From positions 74,581-138,580 of the forward strand of contig VXSK01000023.1 in assembly GCA_009838035.1 (NCBI GenBank): a stretch of 64,000 nucleotides of DNA, in the 5' to 3' direction. Shown here piece after piece: positions 27,201 through 35,344 of this stretch. Position 1 is the stretch's first letter. Every line of letters starts with the position of its first letter. A program made the translations under genes and the position numbers. A model generated the notes under the pieces. That model worked only from the letters and a program-made list of their open reading frames with translations, searched no databases and was not told where the DNA came from. Source of the stretch: Gammaproteobacteria bacterium (GTDB lineage: Bacteria > Pseudomonadota > Gammaproteobacteria > Steroidobacterales > Foliamicaceae).

Positions 27201-28497
27201 ATTTGGCTTGCCAATCCTGTAAAGTGACGAAACGGCCGTCCTCGACGACCGTGTAGTAAACGGTCTGCAGTCCCTGGCGCCGGTCCGGCCCGAACGAAAC
27301 CGCCTCGCCGACCCCGAGATCGAAATCCCTCACCGAAAAGACCGCTTCCTCCAGCCTTGCCCGATCGACCTCGCCGTCCAGCCGGCTGAGTATTTCCGCC
27401 AGCAGCTTGGCGTTGAGGAAGCCCTCCAGGCTGCCGAAACTGTAGGGGAAGGGCGCGTACTCCTCCTTGACCAGTTCGGGCGGAACCTGTGGGTCGTAGC
27501 GGGCCATGAGTTCGCGGTATTCGCGCACGCAGGGCAGCGACAGGTCCTCGTAACTCGGAACGACCTGGGAATTGACCAGCAGCCGGGTATAGGCCTCGCC
27601 GTCCTCGCGCCCCTCGGTCAGCAACTTGAGCATGTTCTCGCTGCCCACGAAGGACAGGTTGGCGATGGGCACATCCAGTCCGAGGTCGACGGCGTCACGG
27701 GCAAACGCTGCGCAGGCCGCGTAGGCCCCGATGCATATGACCGCGTCCGGCTCGGCCGCCTTGAGGATCTCGACCTGGCGGCGCATGGTGCCGGTGAACG
27801 GCGCGCCGCGGCTGTAGGTGGCTTCGCCGGCGATGCGCAGACCGTGCGGCGCCAGGGCCGCCCTTACGCCGGCCCAGCCGCTGCGGCCGTAGGCGTCCGC
27901 CTGGTAGAAAACGGCGATGCGCTCCTTGCCGATGCCCAGGAAGTTGTTGACCAGGCCGGCGGTCTCCTGCGCGTAGGAAGCCCTGAGGTTGAAGGCGAAA
28001 TCGCCGTACGGCGGCTGCCTCTGCGGCTGGGCGCCGGTGAAGGGAAAGAACATGAAGATGTTTTCGTCCTGGAATTTCTTCAGCAGCGGCAGCACGCGCG
28101 TGACGGTAGGCGTTCCCACGTAGCCGAACAGCAGGAAGACCTGGTCCTCCAGCATCAGCTTCATCGTGTTTTCCACGCACGGGTCGGGCTGGTAACCGTC
28201 GTCGTACATCTTGAGCACAATCCTGCGGCCGTTGATGCCGCCGTTCTCGTTCACCCGGCTGAAGTAGGCGCTTGCGCCGCGGTAGAGTTCGGTGCCCAGC
28301 CCCCGGGACGGCCCGGAAAACGCCGCCGATACGCCGAGCACGATCTCGCCGGCGTACTGCGGGCCGCCGGAGCCGGTGTCCGCCGGATCGGTGTCCGCCT
28401 GGAGGAAACGGCTCGCCGTCCCGCCGAACACCCTTCCCCACGGCGCCAGAACGGCGGCCGCCAGTCCGTAACGGATCAGCTCCTTTCTCGTCAGCAT
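27193..28497 (-). CDS. periplasmic binding protein, type 1 (Leu/Ile/Val-binding-protein-like)
   Basis: 434-aa ORF with an N-terminal export signal (RKELIRYGLAAAVLAPWG). Overall resemblance to LivK-type ABC substrate-binding proteins, but no ABC permease or ATPase genes are nearby. Confidence 0.8.
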   Translation of the reverse strand: MLTRKELIRYGLAAAVLAPWGRVFGGTASRFLQADTDPADTGSGGPQYAGEIVLGVSAAFSGPSRGLGTELYRGASAYFSRVNENGGINGRRIVLKMYDDGYQPDPCVENTMKLMLEDQVFLLFGYVGTPTVTRVLPLLKKFQDENIFMFFPFTGAQPQRQPPYGDFAFNLRASYAQETAGLVNNFLGIGKERIAVFYQADAYGRSGWAGVRAALAPHGLRIAGEATYSRGAPFTGTMRRQVEILKAAEPDAVICIGAYAACAAFARDAVDLGLDVPIANLSFVGSENMLKLLTEGREDGEAYTRLLVNSQVVPSYEDLSLPCVREYRELMARYDPQVPPELVKEEYAPFPYSFGSLEGFLNAKLLAEILSRLDGEVDRARLEEAVFSVRDFDLGVGEAVSFGPDRRQGLQTVYYTVVEDGRFVTLQDWQAKFA

Positions 28498-28551
28498 GAA
28501 CGAATCCGGCGACGCGCTGTCAGGAAACTCCCATATTCCACAGTGGGACCA

Positions 28552-29058
28552 TCAAGTCTGTCTCACGGTCCGGTCGCGGGCGGCTCTGCGCGCATTCAGG
28601 AATTCCTCCGCTTCCCTTAGCCGCTTTGCATCGGGGTTGATGCGCTTGCCTTGTTCTATGTCCTCGGCCGCCTTGCTCAGGCTCCCGGTCAGGGTATGCA
28701 GCACGGCGCGATTGGAGTACGCATGCCAGTTGTTCGGCTTCAGCCGGAGTGCCTCGTTGCAGTGCTCCAGCGCCTCCTGGAACTTGCCGCCCATCACGTA
28801 GCCCGCGCAAAGGTTGTTGTGCGCGGATGAGCGCGTGCGAATGCTGTGGGCTGTTCCCGCCGGCGAACGCAATCCCTCCAGGGTCAGCCGTATACCCTCC
28901 TCGAAGTCGCCCAGGCGCAGCGCCAGGGCCCCGTCGGAAAGATTCGGATCGGCCCCGAACACCGACTGGGATGCGGAACTCTGCCCCACCGCCGGCCCCG
29001 ACGCCAGCATCATGGCGCTTGAGAGGCAGACGAGGCATGCGCGTATCGATACCGACAT
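28552..29058 (-). CDS. secreted TPR-repeat protein
   Basis: 168-aa ORF with a signal peptide (ACLVCLSSAMMLASGPAVG) and TPR-like repeats (FQEALEHCNEALRLKPNNWHAYSNRAV). Confidence 0.65.
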   Translation of the reverse strand: MSVSIRACLVCLSSAMMLASGPAVGQSSASQSVFGADPNLSDGALALRLGDFEEGIRLTLEGLRSPAGTAHSIRTRSSAHNNLCAGYVMGGKFQEALEHCNEALRLKPNNWHAYSNRAVLHTLTGSLSKAAEDIEQGKRINPDAKRLREAEEFLNARRAARDRTVRQT

Positions 29059-29067
29059 GTCTATATC

Positions 29068-30549
29068 TTACGCTGCCTTCGGGTAGATCTCCGACAGCGG
29101 CCGGCTGCGGCCGTCCGGCTGAACGATCCGGCAATGCTCGCGGCGCAGCAGCCGCGGCTCGGCGACACCGCAGGAATGCGCGATGATCTTCAGTTCCTCC
29201 TCGATCCGGCGCTGGTAATTGGCCACGCTCACCGCCTTGGTGGGCGGATCGAGACCGCGTTGCAGCCGCCGGTTGTGGGTGGTGATGCCCGTGGGGCAGG
29301 TGTTCTTGTTGCAGCGCATCGCCTGTATGCAGCCCAGGGCGAACATGAAGCCCCTGGCGGACACCGCAAAGTCCGCCCCCGCGCACAGTGCCCAAGCCAC
29401 CTCCGTGGGCGTGATCAGCTTGCCGCTGGCCACCACCCGCACACGATCGCGAAGGCCGTGGCGCTCAAGCGCGTCCACCAGCATGATCAGGCTCTCCCGC
29501 AGCACCATGCCCACGTTGTCCATGAGCGGCATCGGGGCCGCGCCCGTGCCGCCGTCGCCGGAGTCCACGGTAATGAAATCGGGCGCCGCGTCCGGCCCGC
29601 GTCGGTTGATCAGTTCGAACAGCTCATCCAGCCACTGCGGATTGCCGACCACGGCCTTGTAGCCGGTGGGTTTGCCGCCCACGTCCCGAACCCTGGCGAT
29701 CAGGTCCAGCAGTTCCCCGTTGTTGCTCACCTCGCGATGGCGGTTCGGGCTTACGGCGTCCTCGCCGGTACGGATACCGCGGATGCGGGCAATCTCGCCG
29801 GTCACCTTCGCGCCCGGCAGGATCCCGCCCTTGCCGGGTTTGGCGCCCTGGCTCAGTTTGATCTCGATCATTTTCACCTGCGGGTTCGAGCCGACTTCCC
29901 CGAGGCGTTCCTCGCTAAGCGCGCCATCGGGCGTGCGCACGCCGTTCTTGGCCGTTCCGAACTGAAACACGATGTCGTTGCCGGCCTCCAGGTGCCAGGG
30001 CGAGAGCCCGCCCTCGCCGGTGTTCATCCAGCATCCGGCCGTCGCCGCGCCCTTGCCGAGCGCCGTGACCGCCGGCCTGGATATGGCCCCGAAACTCATT
30101 CCGGAAATGTGAAAGATGCGGTTGGTCGTGTAGGGATTGGGACCGTCCGCGCCCACCGTCACCTTCGAGGTGTCGCGGCATTCCTCGTCCAGCAGGCCGA
30201 AGGGCGCGTTGGCGAAGATGGCCGTGCCCGGCCAGCGCGTTTCGCGGGTCGAGCCGAAGGCCACGGTCATGGAGCCGGCGCTGGAAGCCCGGCCGACCCA
30301 GTTGCGCTGCGCCCGGTTGAACGGCATTTCCTCCCGGTCCATCGCGAACATGTACTGCCGCATGAACTCGCCCATGACCTCGAAAATCCGGCGGAAACGG
30401 CCGATGACCGGGTAATTGCGGCGAACGGCGTTGGCAGTCTGCGCAAGGTCCACGATCAGCAGCACGAACAGCGCCAGCAGCGTGGTCCCGACCGCAAGAA
30501 GAAACAGGCGCGTCAGGAGTTCGACGGCCTGATCAACGAATTCCATCAT
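29068..30549 (-). CDS. membrane-anchored FMN-binding glutamate synthase family protein (GltB FMN-domain-like)
   Basis: Start taken at MMEFVDQ (30549). N-terminal TM segment. SQGAKPGKGGILPG matches the gltB FMN-domain motif QGAKPGEGGELPG seen in this window. Confidence 0.8.
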   Translation of the reverse strand: MMEFVDQAVELLTRLFLLAVGTTLLALFVLLIVDLAQTANAVRRNYPVIGRFRRIFEVMGEFMRQYMFAMDREEMPFNRAQRNWVGRASSAGSMTVAFGSTRETRWPGTAIFANAPFGLLDEECRDTSKVTVGADGPNPYTTNRIFHISGMSFGAISRPAVTALGKGAATAGCWMNTGEGGLSPWHLEAGNDIVFQFGTAKNGVRTPDGALSEERLGEVGSNPQVKMIEIKLSQGAKPGKGGILPGAKVTGEIARIRGIRTGEDAVSPNRHREVSNNGELLDLIARVRDVGGKPTGYKAVVGNPQWLDELFELINRRGPDAAPDFITVDSGDGGTGAAPMPLMDNVGMVLRESLIMLVDALERHGLRDRVRVVASGKLITPTEVAWALCAGADFAVSARGFMFALGCIQAMRCNKNTCPTGITTHNRRLQRGLDPPTKAVSVANYQRRIEEELKIIAHSCGVAEPRLLRREHCRIVQPDGRSRPLSEIYPKAA

Positions 30550-30616
30550 GCTCAACCCCCATGCGGCCACCCGGTTTCGGAAGGGGCGGCCTGGTGTGCT
30601 GTCCGACAGCACACAG

Positions 30617-30689
30617 TGGGCCTGGCAGGATTCGAACCTGCGACCAAGTGGTTATGAGCCACCTGCTCTTACCACTGAGCTACAGGCCC
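30617..30689 (-). tRNA. tRNA with CAT anticodon (Met, or Ile2 if lysidine-modified)
   Basis: Minus-strand sequence is GGGCCTGTAGCTCAGTGGTAAGAGCAGGTGGCTCATAACCACTTGGTCGCAGGTTCGAATCCTGCCAGGCCCA. It folds as a full cloverleaf. The D-arm and variable region resemble E. coli ileX more than metT (by memory). CCA is not encoded. Confidence 0.9.
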
Positions 30690-30756
30690 TCCGAAGGCTC
30701 GAAGTATAGCCGCACCAGCGTTTTTAGCCGGGTCGCCCGACCCCGCTGCCGCGGCT

Positions 30757-31377
30757 CTAGCGCCGGCGTTTGCGCCAGGAACCGGGTCCGGTGTTGCCCC
30801 TGATGGGATAGGAGTGCGGAAGCACGGCCAGCCGGGCGAGATGCTGGCGCTGCGGATCATCGGATCTCGCAGCTTCCAGCAGTTCGCTCCATACCTTGGG
30901 CCGGTCGGCGAACCGGGCCTTCAGAATGCTACCCGAGTGGGGGGCCAGGCCCTGAATGTCGCCGAAGTTCAGATTGCGCACCGGTTCTCCTTCCTGGCCG
31001 GCGGCGCCCAGCCAGAGCGACGAGAGCGTGTGCTTCTGCTGGGCGTCCTGTGTGAGCCAGGTCATCAGCGCCGCGCCGAACACCTGCTCCGCGGCCTCGT
31101 TCCCGAGCATGCCCCGGTCCTCTCCTTCTTCGCTGTCACGCACCGTCTCCGCCTTCTCGACGGCGCCGCGGGTAACGGTAACCAGCAGCAGCGGCACGCT
31201 AGCCACCAGATCGCGCTGCGAATCCGTCAATGCCCTGATTTCGCGGCATAATTCTTCGGGAAGCCCATACTTGCTTTCGGCTGCTTCACCGTCAAGTTGA
31301 GCAATCAAATCGACAAAGCGACGGTTGATTTCGAAGATTTCTTCCAGTCGCTTTCGTTCTTCTGATTCGTCTGCCAT
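30757..31377 (-). CDS. FlhD-like N-terminal domain protein (putative FlhDC/SetCD/AcaCD-family activator subunit)
   Basis: 206-aa ORF with RBS AAGGAG. Residues about 11-70 (LEEIFEINRRFVDLIAQL...YGLPEELCREIRALTDSQRDLVASVPLLLV) align by eye with E. coli FlhD (LKHIYDINLSYLLLAQRL...[29 protein letters not shown]). The C-terminal half is unassigned. Confidence 0.55.
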   Translation of the reverse strand: MADESEERKRLEEIFEINRRFVDLIAQLDGEAAESKYGLPEELCREIRALTDSQRDLVASVPLLLVTVTRGAVEKAETVRDSEEGEDRGMLGNEAAEQVFGAALMTWLTQDAQQKHTLSSLWLGAAGQEGEPVRNLNFGDIQGLAPHSGSILKARFADRPKVWSELLEAARSDDPQRQHLARLAVLPHSYPIRGNTGPGSWRKRRR

Positions 31378-31490
31378 TCGTTACTCCTTGCGGGTTCGAC
31401 ATATTGTCGTTGTTTTTCTTTCCTTTACTATTGAGACAAACACCGCGTTCGCGATCAACCCCGAAAAAGTGGCCTGATTGTCCAATTTTT

Positions 31491-31502
31491 CGATTGCAAT
31501 CG
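31491..31502. promoter_or_regulatory. perfect 12-bp palindrome CGATTGCAATCG in the AT-rich divergent FlhD-like/FlhC-like intergenic region
   Basis: Self-complementary sequence 30 nt upstream of the FlhC-like ATG. The operator role is only a guess. Confidence 0.2.
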
Positions 31503-31531
31503 CGGTTGGAATTCGGTAGAAAGCCTGCCCC

Positions 31532-32116
31532 ATGCGTGTAACGCAAAGCCGTTATGACGGTGAACTGGACCGCTTCCATCTGGCCATCCGCATGCTCGGA
31601 TTGCAGGCCCGCACGAGCACAATCGGACGGTACACGGGCCTCTCCAGCGACCGCATACGCAAGGCCTATGTCAGCTATGTGGCCGAGCATGGCAAAAACA
31701 GGCTGCCCCGGCGCAAGCGGGGCCGGCCACCCAGCCGCGTGGCCCATTTCTTCAAGACCCGCCACCGGCATTGCGAATCGACCGTCCTGGTTTCGCTATT
31801 CATGCACGCCGGACTGCTCGTGCCGGACGGCCCGGCCCGGTGCAGGGTGCCGGGTTCGCTGAGCCTTCTGTCGCAGGGGCGCCGCCTGTGCGACGCCTAC
31901 GAAATGCACCGCCGCATGATGCCCGGCGGAGAAATGTCGCTGGAACTCGCCGCCACCCTGCTACGCGCCCTGGGGGAGACGCACGAACTTGTGATCACGG
32001 AGTGCGATTACTGCGGCGCGTTATATGTCCATGACGCGTACGCCCTGGACTATGGGCGCAGCCCATTCTGCGATCCGCCCCGGCCAGCTGGCCGGGCGCG
32101 GTATCAGCAGCGGTAG
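31532..32116 (+). CDS. FlhC-like transcriptional activator subunit
   Basis: 194-aa ORF, the same size as FlhC. By-eye alignments to E. coli FlhC: HLAIRMLGLQARTSTIGRYTGLSSDRIRKAY vs [31 protein letters not shown]; GRPP vs GSPPP; C-terminal Cys cluster ECDYCG...PFC vs CNCCG...CSLC. Confidence 0.65.
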   Translation: MRVTQSRYDGELDRFHLAIRMLGLQARTSTIGRYTGLSSDRIRKAYVSYVAEHGKNRLPRRKRGRPPSRVAHFFKTRHRHCESTVLVSLFMHAGLLVPDGPARCRVPGSLSLLSQGRRLCDAYEMHRRMMPGGEMSLELAATLLRALGETHELVITECDYCGALYVHDAYALDYGRSPFCDPPRPAGRARYQQR

Positions 32117-32125
32117 CGGCCCCAA

Positions 32126-32977
32126 TTACCCGGCCAGTTCGGCCACGAAAGCGTCGAAGCTGCGCAGGGGATGGCCGACCGCCTCCTGTGACGCGGCGAC
32201 CTCGGCTTCGCTGGCCGCGGGGCCATGCGCCTGCTGGGCCAGAAACATCTTCTTGAGCGAATCCAGCAGCCAGGGCGCGAGAAAGGCCTTGACCGACTCG
32301 CCCCATTTCTCCACGTCGTCGCCGCCGTAAAAGACCTCGCGCCCGAAGTGCCTGGCGTAGACCGCCGCCGCCCCGGGACCGCTGATCGTGTCCGGGCCGT
32401 GCAGGTCGTATTCGGCGCCGTTGTGTCCGTCTTCCGTCAATGCGCGCACGGCGCAGTCGGCGATGTCGCGCGTGTCCACCCGGTTCTGGCCGATCGTCCC
32501 GATGGGCATCGGATAGACGCCGAAGTCCTTGACGACGCGCACCACGGACAGGTCGGTCTGGTTGAAGTAACTCGGGCGCAGGATCGTGTACTCGGCGCCG
32601 CTTTCCCTGATCGCCGCCTCGATGGGCAGTTTGCTGCGGCTGTGCGGAATCGGGGGCTCCTGGTCCGGGTTGTGGACCGACAGGTAGACGATCCTTCCGA
32701 CGCCGGCCGCCTTCGCGGCGTTGACGGCGTTCAGGCCGCGTTGCGTCTCCGTTTCCCCGTTGGCGGTGATCAGGAAGAACCGGTCCACGCCGTCGAAAGC
32801 CGCGTCCAGGCCGCTGCCCGTTTCCAGGTCCGCCACGGCCCCTTCCGCGCCCTCCGGAAGGGCGCCCAATTTGTCTTCCGAGCGGCTCAGCGCGCGCACC
32901 GTTTCACCCGAGGAAAGCAGGGCCGCCACCGTCGGGCGGCCGACATTGCCGGTCGCGCCGGCTACGAGAATGGTCAT
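32126..32977 (-). CDS. NmrA-like NAD(P)-binding atypical SDR
   Basis: Internal ATG at 32977 (MTILVAGATGNVG Rossmann motif), 283 aa. The ORF-track extension to 33790 is antisense to the next gene. Confidence 0.8.
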   Translation of the reverse strand: MTILVAGATGNVGRPTVAALLSSGETVRALSRSEDKLGALPEGAEGAVADLETGSGLDAAFDGVDRFFLITANGETETQRGLNAVNAAKAAGVGRIVYLSVHNPDQEPPIPHSRSKLPIEAAIRESGAEYTILRPSYFNQTDLSVVRVVKDFGVYPMPIGTIGQNRVDTRDIADCAVRALTEDGHNGAEYDLHGPDTISGPGAAAVYARHFGREVFYGGDDVEKWGESVKAFLAPWLLDSLKKMFLAQQAHGPAASEAEVAASQEAVGHPLRSFDAFVAELAG

Positions 32978-33049
32978 ATGAACAGGTTCCGTCTGACTGA
33001 AGAAATTCGCGCCGTACATGTTATAAACACGGCCGAAGCATCGCAAGGA

Positions 33050-33976
33050 ATGAGCACCCTGACCGATATTGAAAACCGGGCCGGACTCGCCCGCATCACC
33101 TGCGGCTGGAAAAAGCCGGAACTGCCGCTTTCCTGGGTGCGCCGCTACTGGCGGGACGTCCATAGCCCCGCCATTACACGCCGGGCCGGAATTTACGATT
33201 ACCGGCATTACCAGTACGACGAGGTCGATTCCGCGCTGTTCGGCGCCGTCAAGGGTGTCGAACTCGATTGTCCCCTCGGCGAGCGGCTCATGTGGAATTC
33301 GGACGTCCGTTACCTGGACGAGGCCGGCCTGGCGGCCTTCGACGCCATGCCGCCGCCCGAAGTGAAGCCCCACCTGCTCGGCGACATCGATCTGATCGTG
33401 GAAAGGAGCACGACCTATCGCGCCGTGGGTTCGAATGCCCTCACCCTGGTGGACCGCACGGCCGACGCCGCGCCCCAGGGTCCGCCGGCCAAACCGGCTT
33501 ACGCCCTGTTCATGCGGCAGCGGGCGGACGAATCCTCTTTTCGGGCATGCGTCCGGACCCTGGCCCGGCGCTGGTCGGAGTTCGATGGCGTGCTGCGGGT
33601 CCGCATGAGCCTGTTCGAAGTCCCGGACATGGAGGCCGAGCGCAAGGCCGGTTATCCGATCAAGACACACCCGACGGAGCAGCAATACCAGGCCACAATT
33701 GAAATCGTCTTGAGCGAGCGGGAGGTGGGCCGGGATCTGCTCAGTGACCGGGTCGGCGTGGATTGGGCAGGCCCGATCCGCACGATTCACGCCTATCCGG
33801 TGGCGGCCTGCTACACCAGTGTCTACGCCGGCCGGCCCACCCTCGTCGGGCTACGCGGATATGCCGCCCACCAGGCCATCGGGGCGCTGGGCGCGGACAA
33901 CCAGACGGAACCCGGCCTGCTGGAATGGATGTACGGGCCCGTGGCGAGCGATGGCACATCCGGAGAGGGCGTGTGA
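33050..33976 (+). CDS. hypothetical protein (possibly tandem EthD-like / dimeric alpha-beta-barrel domains)
   Basis: 308-aa product from the ATG at 33050 (MSTLTDIENRAG). Weak EthD-like pattern (RRYWRDVHSPAI...YRHYQY). Its stop overlaps the next gene's GTG start (GTGA). Confidence 0.55.
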   Translation: MSTLTDIENRAGLARITCGWKKPELPLSWVRRYWRDVHSPAITRRAGIYDYRHYQYDEVDSALFGAVKGVELDCPLGERLMWNSDVRYLDEAGLAAFDAMPPPEVKPHLLGDIDLIVERSTTYRAVGSNALTLVDRTADAAPQGPPAKPAYALFMRQRADESSFRACVRTLARRWSEFDGVLRVRMSLFEVPDMEAERKAGYPIKTHPTEQQYQATIEIVLSEREVGRDLLSDRVGVDWAGPIRTIHAYPVAACYTSVYAGRPTLVGLRGYAAHQAIGALGADNQTEPGLLEWMYGPVASDGTSGEGV

Positions 33977-35334
33977 ATCTCACGGTGGCCGAACGGCTGG
34001 TGGCGTTTGCCCGGAAACATGCCGGCGACGGCGTTCCGGACGATGTCCGCCACGAGGCGAAGCGCCTGTTGCTGAATCAGCTCAAGGCTTCGGTGGGCGC
34101 GACCGATCACGAAGTGGTGCGCATTCTCAACGACTGGGCCGGCGCGACCGGCGGCGAGGGCAATGCGCAGGTACTGTGGCTGGGGACGCGCATGGAGCCG
34201 GCCCGCGCGGCGATGGTGAACGGCGCCCTGTTCGAAGTGCTGGATTTTCATGACACCTACATTCCCTGCTACATGCACGCTACCTCCGCGGTACTGCCCG
34301 CCGTGCTGGCGGCGGCACAATCCGGCGGCAACAGCGGGCGTGACGTGGTGGACGCGCTGTCGCTGGGCATCGAAGTGGAATTGGCCTGCGCCCGGGCGCT
34401 GATGCCCACCGGCTACTACCGCGGTTTCGTACCGGCGGGACTGACGGGCGGGGTCGGCGCGGCCGCCGCCTGCTCGCTGCTGGCGGGACTGGACGGCCAG
34501 CGCATGCGCAACGCGCTGGCCATCGCCATGTGCACGGCCTTCGGCACTTACGAGTCGGTGGGGAGCATGACGCTGTCCTACATCACCGGTGCGACCGCCA
34601 TGTCGGGACTGACCGCGGCCGAACTGGCCGGGCGCGGAATGGACGCGCCCGCGACCGCCTTCGAAGGCGACAAGGGAATGCGCGAGTCGTACTCGGACGA
34701 ACCGGCCGGGAAAATCGAAGAAGTCCTCGATTCGCTGGCGGACCCCTGGTGCATCCACGGCCAGAGCTACAAGTCGGTGCCCACCGAAACTATCACCCAC
34801 GCCCCGATCGAATGCGCGCTCGCATTGCGGCCGAGGGCAAACGGCCGGAAAGTGGCGCGGGTGCGCATCCTGGTCGAGCCCATCGTCGTGGACATCTGCG
34901 ACGAACGCATGGAGCGCTTTGGCGATCCGCACAGCGAACTCACCGCGCGCTTCGACCTCTGTTTCTGCGTCGCGGCGGCCTGGCGGCGCGGCCGCTTTAC
35001 GCTGGACGAAATGCGCGAGCCCGCCTACACCGATCCCGATATCCTGGCGCTGCGCTCACGCATTGAACTGGTGCGCGACGAGACCCGCGAGAGTTTCGAC
35101 GGCTGCTCGATGGAAATCGAGTTCACCGACGGCACGACCGAGTCCACCTCGGTGGATGCGTTCCTCGGCAGCCCCGGCCGGCGGATGAGCGACGACGAAC
35201 TTGCCGGGATCTTTCGCGCCTCGGCGGAACCCGTATTGCCTGCCGGCCGTGTCGATGAAATTCTTGCAGCGGTCTGGGACCTGGAATCCGCCCCCGACAT
35301 CGACGGCATGATGTCGCTGTGCCGGCTCGCCTGA
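33973..35334 (+). CDS. MmgE/PrpD family protein (2-methylcitrate dehydratase-like)
   Basis: GTG start at 33973 (VNLTVAERLVAFARKH). About 453 aa with PrpD-family-like sequence throughout. Confidence 0.8.
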   Translation: MNLTVAERLVAFARKHAGDGVPDDVRHEAKRLLLNQLKASVGATDHEVVRILNDWAGATGGEGNAQVLWLGTRMEPARAAMVNGALFEVLDFHDTYIPCYMHATSAVLPAVLAAAQSGGNSGRDVVDALSLGIEVELACARALMPTGYYRGFVPAGLTGGVGAAAACSLLAGLDGQRMRNALAIAMCTAFGTYESVGSMTLSYITGATAMSGLTAAELAGRGMDAPATAFEGDKGMRESYSDEPAGKIEEVLDSLADPWCIHGQSYKSVPTETITHAPIECALALRPRANGRKVARVRILVEPIVVDICDERMERFGDPHSELTARFDLCFCVAAAWRRGRFTLDEMREPAYTDPDILALRSRIELVRDETRESFDGCSMEIEFTDGTTESTSVDAFLGSPGRRMSDDELAGIFRASAEPVLPAGRVDEILAAVWDLESAPDIDGMMSLCRLA

Positions 35335-35344
35335 GCCGCTTGCC

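Noticed and set aside
30617-32116. tRNA-anchored genomic island or ICE remnant, explaining the FlhDC-like genes and the catabolic cluster.
   Set aside because: No integrase, relaxase or T4SS genes are in the window. The FlhDC-like genes and the cluster lie on the 5' side of the minus-strand tRNA, whereas tRNA-targeting elements integrate at the 3' end. I found no direct repeat of the tRNA 3' end. The idea is kept only as weak context in the findings.
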